Assembly (NCBI GenBank): GCA_021821365.1
Contig: JAKACN010000001.1
Coordinates: 1,623 to 65,622 of the forward strand
Length of the DNA stretch: 64,000 nt
Direction: 5' to 3'
From: Pseudomonadota bacterium
GTDB taxonomy: Bacteria; Pseudomonadota; Gammaproteobacteria; Burkholderiales; Burkholderiaceae_D
In this document: in pieces, positions 11,772-24,831 of the stretch
Layout of the letters: every line of letters begins with the position of its first letter
Position numbering within the stretch: position 1 is the stretch's first letter
The notes under the pieces: model-generated
Told to the model about the DNA's origin: nothing
The model's database searches: none
What the model saw: only the letters and a program-made list of their open reading frames with translations
Program-made: the position numbers and the translations under genes

Positions 11772-11938
11772 TGTAAATCGTGCGGCAGGGCGTAGAATAG
11801 CGGGTTTGATTCGACCGAAGCCAGCCGAAGCGCGTCAGCCATTGTATGGCAATTCTGTCAATAACGGATGCGTTCTCCGACGCGATACGACATGGTATTA
11901 CATCGCACATTCGGCCTCCACGCCATTCATTCTCACGC

Positions 11939-14085
<2,147 letters not shown>

Positions 14086-14091
14086 ATATTG

Positions 14092-14273
14092 TTTGTCCAG
14101 GGAAACACGGAAGGCACGGAAAAAATCAATTGATCACGTTTCCCGTGTCTACCGTGTTTTCCGTCGAACAGATCAAGCTTTGGAGCCCAGCGGAGTGGCT
14201 CGTTTGTCCAGGGAAAGCACGGGGAAATCGTGTCAGAAGATTTTCCGTGCTTCCTGTATTTTCCGTGGACCAG
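14092..14273. repeat. Two tandem imperfect palindromic intergenic repeats (REP/MITE-like)
   Basis: Both begin TTTGTCCAGGGAAA, contain CACGG units and end TTTTCCGT(C/G)GA(A/C)CAG; copies 14092-14171 and 14203-14273; related copy at 40246. Confidence 0.75.
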
Positions 14274-14369
14274 ATCGCCCGATTGGAAGGGTTTTTCAAC
14301 ATTGCAGGGAAACCGGGCGGCGAATGCTAAAATGCCGGGTTGATCCTCATGACAACCTGGAGCAATAAC

Positions 14370-14693
14370 GTGTTCATTTCCAACGCATACGCACAAACCG
14401 CGGCCGCCGGCCCCGAAGGCAGCCTGATGAGCTTCCTGCCCATCATCCTGATGTTCGTGGTCCTGTACTTCCTGATGATCCGCCCGCAGATGAAGCGCCA
14501 GAAGGAGCAGAAGTCCATGATGGAAGCACTGGCCAAGGGTGATGAGGTTGTTACCGCCGGCGGTATTCTCGGCAGGATCACCAAGGTGACCGACGCCTAT
14601 GTCACGGTCGACGTGGCCGACGGCACGGAAGTCGTCGTCCAGAAGGCGGCCGTCACCACGTTGTTGCCAAAGGGCACCATCAAGTCGCTGTAA
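14370..14693 (+). CDS. yajC: Preprotein translocase subunit YajC
   Basis: GTG start with GGAG RBS; YFLMIRPQMKRQKE, KGDEVVTAGGI.G. Confidence 0.95.
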   Translation: MFISNAYAQTAAAGPEGSLMSFLPIILMFVVLYFLMIRPQMKRQKEQKSMMEALAKGDEVVTAGGILGRITKVTDAYVTVDVADGTEVVVQKAAVTTLLPKGTIKSL

Positions 14694-14769
14694 TCGGGAC
14701 AAACGCGGGATGCGCAATGCCGGGCATCCCGATGTTTCGCGCAAGCCCGACAATCCAAGCTGAAATCCT

Positions 14770-16632
14770 ATGAATCGCTATCCCCTTTGGAAATACGTCA
14801 CCATCATCATCGCCCTGATTTTCGGGGCCTTGTACACGGCGCCGAACTTCTTCGGCGAATCGCCTGCCGTGCAGGTGAGCAGCGCCAAGGCGACCGTCAA
14901 GGTCGACAGCAGCATGATGGACAGGGTCACGCAGGTGCTGCAGGACGCCGGCATCAAGCCGGAAGGCGTGTTTTACGACGTAACCGGCAATCATGGTTCG
15001 GTCCGCGCGCGCTTCAACGACACGGACACCCAGTTCAAGGCCAAGGCTTTGCTCGAAAAGTCGCTGAATACCGATCCGACCGATCCTACCTACAGCGTCG
15101 CGTTCAACCTGTTGTCGAATACCCCGGGCTGGCTGCAAAGCCTGCACGCGCTGCCGATGTCGCTCGGCCTGGACCTGCGCGGCGGCGTGCACTTCCTCAT
15201 GCAGGTCGACACCAAGGCAGTGTTGAACAAGCGTCTGCAAGGTTTGCAGGCCAGCGTGCGCAGCCTGCTGCGTGACAAGAATGTCCGTCATGCAGGCATC
15301 AACCGCAACGGCGATGCCATCGAAGTCAGGTTCCACGACCAGGAAACCCGCGCCAGGGCAAAAGAGGTGCTGGCTTCCCAGCTCAGCGAACTGGTCCTGA
15401 ATGAAGCCGGCGAGGGCAGCGACCTGACGCTGGTTGCCACCATGAAGCCGGAATCACTGAAGACCACGCTGGAAAATGCGGTGCAGCAGAACATCAGTAC
15501 CCTGTCCAAGCGCGTCAATGAGCTCGGCGTTGCCGAACCCCTGATCCAGCGCCAGGGCGCCGACCGCATCGTCGTCCAGTTGCCCGGCGTGCAGGATGTG
15601 TCGCGCGCCAAGGACATCATCGGCCGCACCGCGACGCTGGAAGTGCGCATGGTGGACGAATCCGTGCCGCGCGGCTCCGAGGAAAGCGCCGCGATTCCGT
15701 TCGGCTCCGAGCTGTTCAAGGTGGGCAAGGGCGCGCCCGTGGTCCTGTACAAGGACCCGATCATCACCGGCGATTACATCTCCAACGCGACAGCCAGCTT
15801 CGACCAGAACCAGCAGCCGGCGGTCGGCATCGACCTGAACGGCGATGGTGGCCGCAAGATGCGCGAGGCGACCCGCGACAAGATCGGCAAGCTGATGGCC
15901 ATCGTGCTGTTCGAAAAGGGCAAGGGTGAAGTGCTGACGGTGGCCACCATCCGCGACGAACTGGGCTCGCGTTTCCAGATCACCGGCATGGGTTCTTCCG
16001 AAGCCGCCAATGACCTCGCGCTGCTGCTGCGCGCGGGTTCGCTGGCCGCGCCGATGGAAATCGTCGAGGAGCGCACCATCGGCCCGGCACTCGGTGCCGA
16101 GAACATCAAGAAGGGCTTCAACTCCACCTTGTACGGCTTCGTCGCGATTTCCGTGTTCATGATGCTGTACTACATGCTGTTCGGCTTCTTCAGTGTGCTC
16201 GCGCTGGCCGTCAACGTCTTCCTGCTGGTCGCACTGCTTTCGCTGCTGCAGGCGACGCTCACCTTGCCGGGCATTGCCGCTATCGCGCTGGCGCTCGGCA
16301 TGGCCATCGACGCCAACGTGCTGATCAATGAGCGCATCCGCGAAGAACTGCGGTCGGGCAACACGCCGCAAGCGGCCATTGCCGCCGGCTTCGAGCGCGC
16401 ATGGGCGACGATTCTCGACTCGAACGTGACCACGCTGATCGTCGGCCTGGCGCTGCTGATCTTCGGTTCCGGCCCGATCCGCGGCTTTGCGGTGGTGCAC
16501 TGCCTGGGCATCCTGACTTCCATCTTCTCCGCGGTATTCGTGTCGCGCGGCGTGGTCAATCTCTGGTACGGCCGCAAGAAGAAGCTGGCCTCGGTATCGA
16601 TCGGCCAGATCTGGAAGCCGGAGAAAGCGTAA
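14770..16632 (+). CDS. secD: Protein translocase subunit SecD
   Basis: MNRYPLWKY, LGLDLRGGVHF, RVNELGV.EP.IQRQG, DANVLINERIREEL. Confidence 0.97.
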   Translation: MNRYPLWKYVTIIIALIFGALYTAPNFFGESPAVQVSSAKATVKVDSSMMDRVTQVLQDAGIKPEGVFYDVTGNHGSVRARFNDTDTQFKAKALLEKSLNTDPTDPTYSVAFNLLSNTPGWLQSLHALPMSLGLDLRGGVHFLMQVDTKAVLNKRLQGLQASVRSLLRDKNVRHAGINRNGDAIEVRFHDQETRARAKEVLASQLSELVLNEAGEGSDLTLVATMKPESLKTTLENAVQQNISTLSKRVNELGVAEPLIQRQGADRIVVQLPGVQDVSRAKDIIGRTATLEVRMVDESVPRGSEESAAIPFGSELFKVGKGAPVVLYKDPIITGDYISNATASFDQNQQPAVGIDLNGDGGRKMREATRDKIGKLMAIVLFEKGKGEVLTVATIRDELGSRFQITGMGSSEAANDLALLLRAGSLAAPMEIVEERTIGPALGAENIKKGFNSTLYGFVAISVFMMLYYMLFGFFSVLALAVNVFLLVALLSLLQATLTLPGIAAIALALGMAIDANVLINERIREELRSGNTPQAAIAAGFERAWATILDSNVTTLIVGLALLIFGSGPIRGFAVVHCLGILTSIFSAVFVSRGVVNLWYGRKKKLASVSIGQIWKPEKA

Positions 16633-16728
16633 TGTGTTGCCTCCACCCTCCGGGGCGGGGGCGATGCGAAACTGGTTGCCGGCAATCGCCGGGACGAGTG
16701 AGAGCAACACTGAATAACAGGATGTGAC

Positions 16729-17667
16729 ATGGAATTTTTCCGCATCAAAAAAGACATTCCCTTCATGCGCCACGCGCTGGTGTTCAACGTGATCTCCGCG
16801 GTCACGTTCGTCGCAGCCGTATTCTTCCTCTGGCACAAGGGCCTGCATCTGTCGATCGAATTCACCGGCGGTACGGTCATGGAGGTGACCTACGCGAAGC
16901 CTGCCAACATCGAGTCCATTCGCAAATCCGTCGAGGGCCTCGGCTACACCGATACCCAGGTGCAGAACTTCGGCACCGCGCAGGACGTGATGATCCGCCT
17001 CCCCGTACGGAAGGGGGCGACTTCTGCCCAGCAGAGCGAGAAGGTCATGTCAGCCCTGCAGGCGCAGGATCCGGATGTGAAGCTGCAGCGCGTCGAGTTT
17101 GTCGGTCCGCAGGTCGGCGAAGAACTTGCGCATGACGGCTTGTCCGCGCTCGCGATGGTCGTGATCGGGGTGATGATTTACCTGGCGATCCGCTTCGAAT
17201 GGAAGTTCGCCGTGGCCGCGATCATCGCCAACCTGCACGACGTGGTGATCATCCTCGGTTTCTTTGCCTTCTTCCAATGGGAATTCTCGCTGTCCGTGCT
17301 GGCGGGCGTGCTGGCGGTGCTCGGCTATTCGGTGAACGAATCGGTCGTTATCTTCGATCGGATCCGCGAGAATTTCCGCAAGCTGCGCAAGGCTACGGTC
17401 ATGCATGTGATCGATAGTGCAATCACCAGCACGATGTCGCGTACCGTCATCACACACGGTTGTACCCAGCTGATGGTGTTGTCGATGCTCTTCCTCGGCG
17501 GCGAGACCTTGCACTACTTCGCACTGGCGCTGACCATCGGTATTCTGTTCGGCATTTATTCGTCGGTATTCGTCGCGGCCGCGGTTGCGATGTGGCTGGG
17601 CGTCAAGCGCGAAGACCTGATCAAGCCGGTGAAGGAAAAGGATGAAACAGGCGGAGCGGTCGTCTGA
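16729..17667 (+). CDS. secF: Protein translocase subunit SecF
   Basis: IEFTGGT, FVGPQVG.EL, GYSVNESVVIFDRIREN. Confidence 0.97.
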   Translation: MEFFRIKKDIPFMRHALVFNVISAVTFVAAVFFLWHKGLHLSIEFTGGTVMEVTYAKPANIESIRKSVEGLGYTDTQVQNFGTAQDVMIRLPVRKGATSAQQSEKVMSALQAQDPDVKLQRVEFVGPQVGEELAHDGLSALAMVVIGVMIYLAIRFEWKFAVAAIIANLHDVVIILGFFAFFQWEFSLSVLAGVLAVLGYSVNESVVIFDRIRENFRKLRKATVMHVIDSAITSTMSRTVITHGCTQLMVLSMLFLGGETLHYFALALTIGILFGIYSSVFVAAAVAMWLGVKREDLIKPVKEKDETGGAVV

Positions 17668-17684
17668 CTGTTGTCTGCGGGACC

Positions 17685-17711
17685 AAAGCCGGCTTGCGAG
17701 CCGGCTTTTTT
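17685..17711 (+). terminator. Intrinsic terminator after secF
   Basis: AAAGCCGGC-TTGCGA-GCCGGCTTT hairpin followed by T-run. Confidence 0.75.
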
Positions 17712-17739
17712 CTTGACGCTTCCAATCTGAGGTAAAAAC

Positions 17740-18420
17740 ATGAAAAAAGTGCGTGTATGGGATCTGCCGATCCGCTTGTTCCACTGGACGCTGGTGGCGC
17801 TGGTCGCGATGGCGGTCATCACCCAGGAAATCGGCGGCAACGCGATGGAGTGGCATTTCCGGGCCGGATATGCGGTGCTGACGCTGGTCGCCTTTCGCGT
17901 TCTGTGGGGACTTGTCGGCACCCGGTATGCCCGTTTCTCCAGCTTCGCCTATGGGCCTTACGCGATCCTGGCTTACGTCCGCAACAGCAGGCAGGGACGG
18001 AAGGATGGACTGCTCGGCCACAATCCGCTTGGCAGTCTGTCGGTATTCGCCTTGCTCGCCAACCTGCTGGCGCAGGCGATCAGCGGCCTGTATTCCAATG
18101 ACGACATCGCCAACGATGGCCCTCTGGTCAAATTCATCGGCAAGGAATTGTCCGACCAGATCACCTGGTTTCACAAGGAAGTCAGCGGCACCCTGCTGTA
18201 TGTGCTGGTGGGCCTGCATGCGGCGGCGATCGTCTTCTACGCCATACGGAAAAAGCAGAACCTGGTCCGGCCCATGGTTACGGGCGACCAGCCGGTCGAA
18301 TTCGATGCGCCTGCCGCCAACGACTCATGGGCGATGCGCTTGTTCGCGCTTGCGATACTCGCGATGTGCGCAGCGGGGGTGTATTACGTCGTGACCTTGT
18401 CGCCGCGACCTCTCGTCTAG
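17740..18420 (+). CDS. Cytochrome b/b6 domain (CybB/HupC-like) membrane protein
   Basis: VWDLPIRLFHW, WHFRAG, GHNPLG, WFH, LH..AI heme-ligating histidines. Confidence 0.85.
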   Translation: MKKVRVWDLPIRLFHWTLVALVAMAVITQEIGGNAMEWHFRAGYAVLTLVAFRVLWGLVGTRYARFSSFAYGPYAILAYVRNSRQGRKDGLLGHNPLGSLSVFALLANLLAQAISGLYSNDDIANDGPLVKFIGKELSDQITWFHKEVSGTLLYVLVGLHAAAIVFYAIRKKQNLVRPMVTGDQPVEFDAPAANDSWAMRLFALAILAMCAAGVYYVVTLSPRPLV

Positions 18421-18495
18421 TCGTTGCGCAGCGCTGTCCTGGCGCCAATGAGCAGGATCCGCCCGACAGGAGCGGGCGGATCGATGGGGCTGGAT

Positions 18496-18948
18496 TTACT
18501 TGTTGCGGAAGTCGTCGTGGCAGCTCTTGCACGCCTGGCCGGTTGCGCCGAATGCCGCCTTGATCGCACCCTGGTCGCCCGACTTCGCCGCTGCTGCCAG
18601 CTTGGCCACTTGGGATTGCATTTTGTCCGCTGCGGCCTTGAACTTGTCCTGTTCTTTCCAGATCTCCGGCTTGGCCTTCGAGTTGGACAGGTTCGAATTC
18701 GTCGGGAACGCGCCCCAAGGCAACCGCGACATCGTTTCAATGACAGCGACGTCCGACTCCACCGCAGCCTGATCGTATGCCTTCTCTCCCTTGACTACCG
18801 CGCCGACGCGGCCCATGTGCGTGCCCATTACGGAAAATGCGGACTGGCGGTATTTGACCGCATCTTCCACCTTCGCAAATTGCGCATGGGCGGAAAAGGG
18901 GATGGCGATCAGGGCGGTCAACGAGATGCTGGCAAACAGATGCTTCAT
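18496..18948 (-). CDS. Cytochrome c' (class II cytochrome c)
   Basis: Signal peptide ..AHA|QFAK.EDAVKYRQ, AKPEIW, C-terminal CKSCH heme motif. Confidence 0.9.
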   Translation of the reverse strand: MKHLFASISLTALIAIPFSAHAQFAKVEDAVKYRQSAFSVMGTHMGRVGAVVKGEKAYDQAAVESDVAVIETMSRLPWGAFPTNSNLSNSKAKPEIWKEQDKFKAAADKMQSQVAKLAAAAKSGDQGAIKAAFGATGQACKSCHDDFRNK

Positions 18949-19122
18949 ACGTTCTCCTGTGTTTGAGGTAAAAACATGCAGCCTTCGACAATTGTCTACA
19001 GGCAAGCAGGGAGACATATCATAGCAACCTTCGGTTTTTTTCGCGTAACCGCCAGTTGGGTGCTTGTCCAGAATCGAACAGGTGCCCACGCTTGCCGCAA
19101 GAGGGCGCGGAGGGGCAGGCGG

Positions 19123-19152
19123 GAGAGCGGACGTACAGCGACGTCCGCTCTC
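19123..19152. terminator. Perfect 12-bp hairpin downstream of purB
   Basis: GAGAGCGGACGT-ACAGCG-ACGTCCGCTCTC; no clear U-tract. Confidence 0.4.
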
Positions 19153-19171
19153 GGGGGGCTGTGCGGCAGGA

Positions 19172-20731
<1,560 letters not shown>

Positions 20732-20746
20732 TTAATATCTGCATCT

Positions 20747-21355
20747 ATGAAACTCATCGGTTCACTCGCCAGCCCTTTTGTTCGCAAAGTCCGCGTCGTC
20801 ATGGCGGAAAAAAAACTCGACTACGAGTTCGTCCTGGAAAATGTCTGGGCGCCTGACACCACGATCCAGCAATCCAATCCCCTCGGCAAAGTGCCGTGCC
20901 TGGTCATGGAAGACGGCGGGGCGATGTTCGATTCGCGTGTCATTGTCGAGTACCTCGACACGCTCACACCCGTCGGCAAGCTGATTCCGCCCAACGGACG
21001 CGAACGCGCCGAAGTCAAATGCTGGGAAGCATTGGCGGATGGCGTGCTCGACGCGGCAGTCCAGGTGCGGCTCGAGCGTACACAACGTCCCGAATCACAA
21101 CAAAGCCCGGAATGGATGCAGCGCCAGCTGAACAAGGTTGACGCAGGCCTGAAGGCCATGTCCTCGGGATTGAAAGACACGCCCTTCTGCTGCGGCAACC
21201 ACTACACGCTCGCTGACGTCGCGGTGGGCTGCGCACTCGGCTGGCTGTCGTTCCGCTTTCCGGAAATCGACTGGCGCAGCGATCATCCGAATCTTGCAAA
21301 GCTGTTCGACAAACTGTCCGAACGGCAGTCGTTCAAGGACACCATTCCGCAATAA
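20747..21355 (+). CDS. Glutathione S-transferase family protein
   Basis: SPFVRKVR, NPLGKVPCL, DSRVIVEYLD, TLADVAVGCAL. Confidence 0.92.
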   Translation: MKLIGSLASPFVRKVRVVMAEKKLDYEFVLENVWAPDTTIQQSNPLGKVPCLVMEDGGAMFDSRVIVEYLDTLTPVGKLIPPNGRERAEVKCWEALADGVLDAAVQVRLERTQRPESQQSPEWMQRQLNKVDAGLKAMSSGLKDTPFCCGNHYTLADVAVGCALGWLSFRFPEIDWRSDHPNLAKLFDKLSERQSFKDTIPQ

Positions 21356-21377
21356 GGCGGCGCGCAAGGCAGGCATG

Positions 21378-21410
21378 CAAAGGGCAGTCGATCGGATCGA
21401 CGGCCCTTTG
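21378..21410. terminator. Hairpin between convergent GST and bfr
   Basis: CAAAGGGC(A)GTCGAT-CGG-ATCGAC(G)GCCCTTTG. Confidence 0.55.
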
Positions 21411-21435
21411 TCGTTGCGCCCCGCGATTCCGGTTC

Positions 21436-21906
21436 TTAATCACCCATTTGCGCCTGGAGATAGTTCGGCAATCCCATCTTGTCGATCAGCTCGCGCTGGG
21501 TCTCGATCCATTCGATATGATCTTCCGTATCGTCGAGAATGTCCTGAAGAATATCGCGCGACACATAGTCTTTTGTCGTTTCGCATGCGGCGATGCCGTC
21601 CTTCAGGGTTTGCTGGGCTCCCTGTTCCAGTTTGAGGTCGCATTCCAGCATTTCTGCCGCGTTTTCCCCAATCAACAGCTTGTTGAGGGCTTGCAGGTTC
21701 GGCAGGCCATCCAGCATCAGGATGCGGTTGATCAGGTTATCCGCATGCTTCATTTCATCAATGGATTCTTCGTATTCCTTCCTGGCGATCTTCCCTAGGC
21801 CCCAATGCTTGTACATGCGGGCGTGCAGGAAATACTGATTGACTGCGGTGAGCTCGCTCGTGAGCTGTGTATTGAGCAACTTGATGATGTTGGGATCACC
21901 CTTCAT
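21436..21906 (-). CDS. bfr: Bacterioferritin
   Basis: MKGDP.II..LN, ELTAVNQYFLH, EESIDEMKHA, heme Met, DTEDHIEW. Confidence 0.96.
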   Translation of the reverse strand: MKGDPNIIKLLNTQLTSELTAVNQYFLHARMYKHWGLGKIARKEYEESIDEMKHADNLINRILMLDGLPNLQALNKLLIGENAAEMLECDLKLEQGAQQTLKDGIAACETTKDYVSRDILQDILDDTEDHIEWIETQRELIDKMGLPNYLQAQMGD

Positions 21907-22069
21907 GAATGCCTCGACTGGGAAATGTGGACGGTTTTCATGCGGCAACGCGGATCAAGCCGGTGCTGACTTGAATAGTCATCATAGACGACCGGCTTGT
22001 TTTTTCCATCGCAGCGTTCGGATGCATTGATCCGTCGCCGAGGGGGCGGCAGGGGGGAAGGAAGATGCT

Positions 22070-22285
22070 TTATGCAGCGATTGCAGTGGAAAACATCAGG
22101 GGCTGTGCCTCGCGGTCACCTTCTTCAAGGCACTCCCGCAAAACGGTCTTGGCGCAGGAATGGCATTTACCGCAGCAGGTGCCGACGCCAAGTTCGGTGC
22201 GCAGCTCCGGCATCGTTGTCATTCCCGAGTCCACGGCTTGACGGATCTTGCGTTCCGAGACGTTGAAGCAAACACAGACAATCAT
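22070..22285 (-). CDS. bfd: Bacterioferritin-associated ferredoxin
   Basis: MIVCVCFNVS...GTCCGKC [2Fe-2S] motif upstream of bfr. Confidence 0.93.
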   Translation of the reverse strand: MIVCVCFNVSERKIRQAVDSGMTTMPELRTELGVGTCCGKCHSCAKTVLRECLEEGDREAQPLMFSTAIAA

Positions 22286-22406
22286 TGATGCACCTTGATG
22301 TTTCGGGAAGCCGGATGAAGTGCTCGGTTTGCGTCGTCCAGTCGCCATGAAGATCGGGCTATCGTCAGCCGAGACCGGGAGAGCAAGCACTCTGGTCAAA
22401 ATCACA

Positions 22407-22425
22407 AATGAGAACAATTCTTATT
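22407..22425. promoter_or_regulatory. Putative Fur box upstream of bfd
   Basis: AATGAGAA-CAA-TTCTTATT inverted repeat resembling the Fur consensus; bfd is typically Fur-repressed. Confidence 0.65.
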
Positions 22426-22770
22426 CAAATTATTGATCATCTGAAGGGGGATTGCAAGGGCTTTTCGGCAGGTGATGAACATATCGTCGAGCCGCGATGT
22501 GATGCATGCTGTCGATATGCAGACCGATCGCCGATTCGCGACGAAGTCGGTATTTACTAAGGGAAACGAGGGGCGAGGGGCAATCAACAAGGGGGGCAGC
22601 AGCAGATTCCTGGCGACCCGTTACTCCCCTATTTACGGTTTCTGTCGGACACTCGACAGCGATTGTTATGTTGCCCATCCTCGCGATAGCAACACGCGCG
22701 CTGCAATGAGCGCCTTGCACTCGCCGCCGATTGCCTCGGCATAAACCGCAAATCGAGGTGTGGCCGGCCA

Positions 22771-23559
22771 CTAGAAGCGATAATCGGCGTGAAATCCGAT
22801 GGCACTCCGTTCATGTTGTGGTTGGGTAACCGTGCCGGCCGGAAGACCGTCCTTGCGAAGAATTTCGTCGTTGCTGCGCCGGATACGCATCCAGTCAACA
22901 TTGATGCCGAACGAGAAATGCGGGAACGCACGCGGGTAGGCAGTCAGGTCGAGGCGTAGTCCCGCCGCAGATTTGGTCGTGAGCACCGCGTCGTCGTACA
23001 ACTGGTTTTCGAAATGTGCATGCAGGTGTTCGGGGCCTGCCAGGACCATCAAACCTTTCAGCCTGAAATCGGCAGAAGAGCTGCGCCACGCCGTACTGCT
23101 TGCCCCGGCGAGCAGCCGCCAGGACGAATAGCGCTCTTTGACGCCGGCAATGCTGCCGCGGCCGAGTACGTGGCGCCGCCATCCGTCATATTCGATTCCT
23201 CCGATGAGCGCAGTGGTGTCAGTTAGCTGCCATGACATTTCTGCCGTGATGCGGCCCTGCGTGGTTGCCGTATCCGTTGAAAATGGCACGCCGTTCTGCA
23301 GGCGCCCGTCGTAGTCCAGGTTTGCGTCGTAGATGTCGCCGGAAACGCCAAAGGCCCATGCCGCGTCACGGCGCGTTGCTTTCAGGCCAACTCCGGGCAG
23401 CCAGCCATGTTCACGGACAAGTTGGCGGCCATTGAGATCCATTTCCCTCATGCGCACATAGCGCGCACCGGTGCCCATGGAGTATTCCCATTGTGCACAT
23501 GCAGGGACGGCGGTTAGCAGTCCAGCGAGCAACGGAAGAAAAAATTGAAAAGGTTTCAT
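22771..23559 (-). CDS. Hypothetical outer-membrane beta-barrel protein
   Basis: Sec signal (..AVPACA|Q), alternating amphipathic strands, C-terminal beta-signal IGFHADYRF. Confidence 0.6.
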   Translation of the reverse strand: MKPFQFFLPLLAGLLTAVPACAQWEYSMGTGARYVRMREMDLNGRQLVREHGWLPGVGLKATRRDAAWAFGVSGDIYDANLDYDGRLQNGVPFSTDTATTQGRITAEMSWQLTDTTALIGGIEYDGWRRHVLGRGSIAGVKERYSSWRLLAGASSTAWRSSSADFRLKGLMVLAGPEHLHAHFENQLYDDAVLTTKSAAGLRLDLTAYPRAFPHFSFGINVDWMRIRRSNDEILRKDGLPAGTVTQPQHERSAIGFHADYRF

Positions 23560-23642
23560 GGCGGCACCATGTGCATTGTAGCCGGAAAATAGGGGACGCT
23601 CGCGCGCACCCTATTGATGCAACATGGCTCATGCAACAACGC

Positions 23643-24686
23643 TCAAGACAGGCTTTTCAGTTCTGCCCAGGTGGTGCTGATGGTGTCGTCCATGGTGCCG
23701 TCACCGTTCTTGTCGACACCGAGCTGGACGCTGGTGGCGTTCAGCACCGTGAACCTGAGCGATGAATGGTCGCTCGCGGTGATCGTCATGACACCCTGCG
23801 ATGGATAGGAACCGCGCTGCTGTTTGAAGTCCGTCGTGGTGCGCACGACATAACTTGCGTTGCCCACGCGCGGGATGTTGCCGCTGACGGTGAAGTCGGA
23901 GTGGTAGGTGTACAGGTTCGTCGGGTCGACGGACCCCGAATAGGCATACGCGCTCAGCGTGTAGTCGGTGGTCGATGCGCCGTTCACAACGTGCATTTGC
24001 AGCGCATTTCCGCTGCCGGAGAAACTGGCGTTATTGAGGCCGGACTGATTGTAGGCCAGGGCAAGATCGCCTGTTGCCGTATTCGACGTGCCGGTGAAGT
24101 TCTCGGTCACGGAAAATGCGTTGAAGGTGATGCCCAGCGACGCACTCCACGCCGACGTTCCGGATGGCGTGCCCATGACACTGTTGAACACAATGTCCAT
24201 GACGCCATTCATCTTGATCGTGCCTTCCACGCAGTTGCCGGCATTGACGTTGATCCGATCGCCCGACGAGAACGTTGCCGTATTGGCGACCGTCGCCGCA
24301 ATCGTCGCGCTGCCGCCGCCGCTGCATGGAACGGTTTCCGTGGCCGTGACGCCCACGGCGACGCCGGGCGACGGATGCCTGAGCGCAAAATAGATCTGCT
24401 GCACCACGGCGTCGAGAATGCCGGTCCCGTTGCCACTGGTGCTTACGGCGGTGACGATCGCCGGGGTGCTGGTGACCTGGTTATTCAAGCCCTGGGAGGC
24501 GGAATAGACCTGGGTGCCGACGTCCCTGGAATTGGCCGATGTAATGGCCACGCCGGTAACTGGCGTCGAACTCCCGGCCTGCCCGCTCGTCGATCCGCTT
24601 GTGCCGCCGCCACCGCCGCAGGCGGTCAGGAGAATGGTCGTTACGATCAGCACCGCTGCCGGGATGCGAGAAATCGAGATTGGCAT
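23643..24686 (-). CDS. Hypothetical Ser/Thr/Gly-rich lipoprotein
   Basis: Lipobox LLTA|C followed by GGGGG tether; Cys pair; DKNGDG Ca-binding-like loop near C-terminus. Confidence 0.7.
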   Translation of the reverse strand: MPISISRIPAAVLIVTTILLTACGGGGGTSGSTSGQAGSSTPVTGVAITSANSRDVGTQVYSASQGLNNQVTSTPAIVTAVSTSGNGTGILDAVVQQIYFALRHPSPGVAVGVTATETVPCSGGGSATIAATVANTATFSSGDRINVNAGNCVEGTIKMNGVMDIVFNSVMGTPSGTSAWSASLGITFNAFSVTENFTGTSNTATGDLALAYNQSGLNNASFSGSGNALQMHVVNGASTTDYTLSAYAYSGSVDPTNLYTYHSDFTVSGNIPRVGNASYVVRTTTDFKQQRGSYPSQGVMTITASDHSSLRFTVLNATSVQLGVDKNGDGTMDDTISTTWAELKSLS

Positions 24687-24831
24687 AAATCACCGTTCCT
24701 GATGTTGGGGGATGAATCAAACGTCGACGGATGCAGTCGTTGCGGATTGGCAAAACTGCAATGCCTGACATCATAATCAGGAAACGATTAGTGTGGCAAT
24801 TCTATTAATGCATGGGCGGAGGTAGGAAGAG

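Noticed and set aside
14092-14273. CRISPR array interpretation of the repeats
   Set aside because: Only two long palindromic units, no regular repeat-spacer structure, and no cas genes
22440-22770. Fur-regulated sRNA (RyhB/PrrF-like) beside the bfd Fur box
   Set aside because: No similarity to known sRNA seeds and no clear terminator; cannot be supported from sequence
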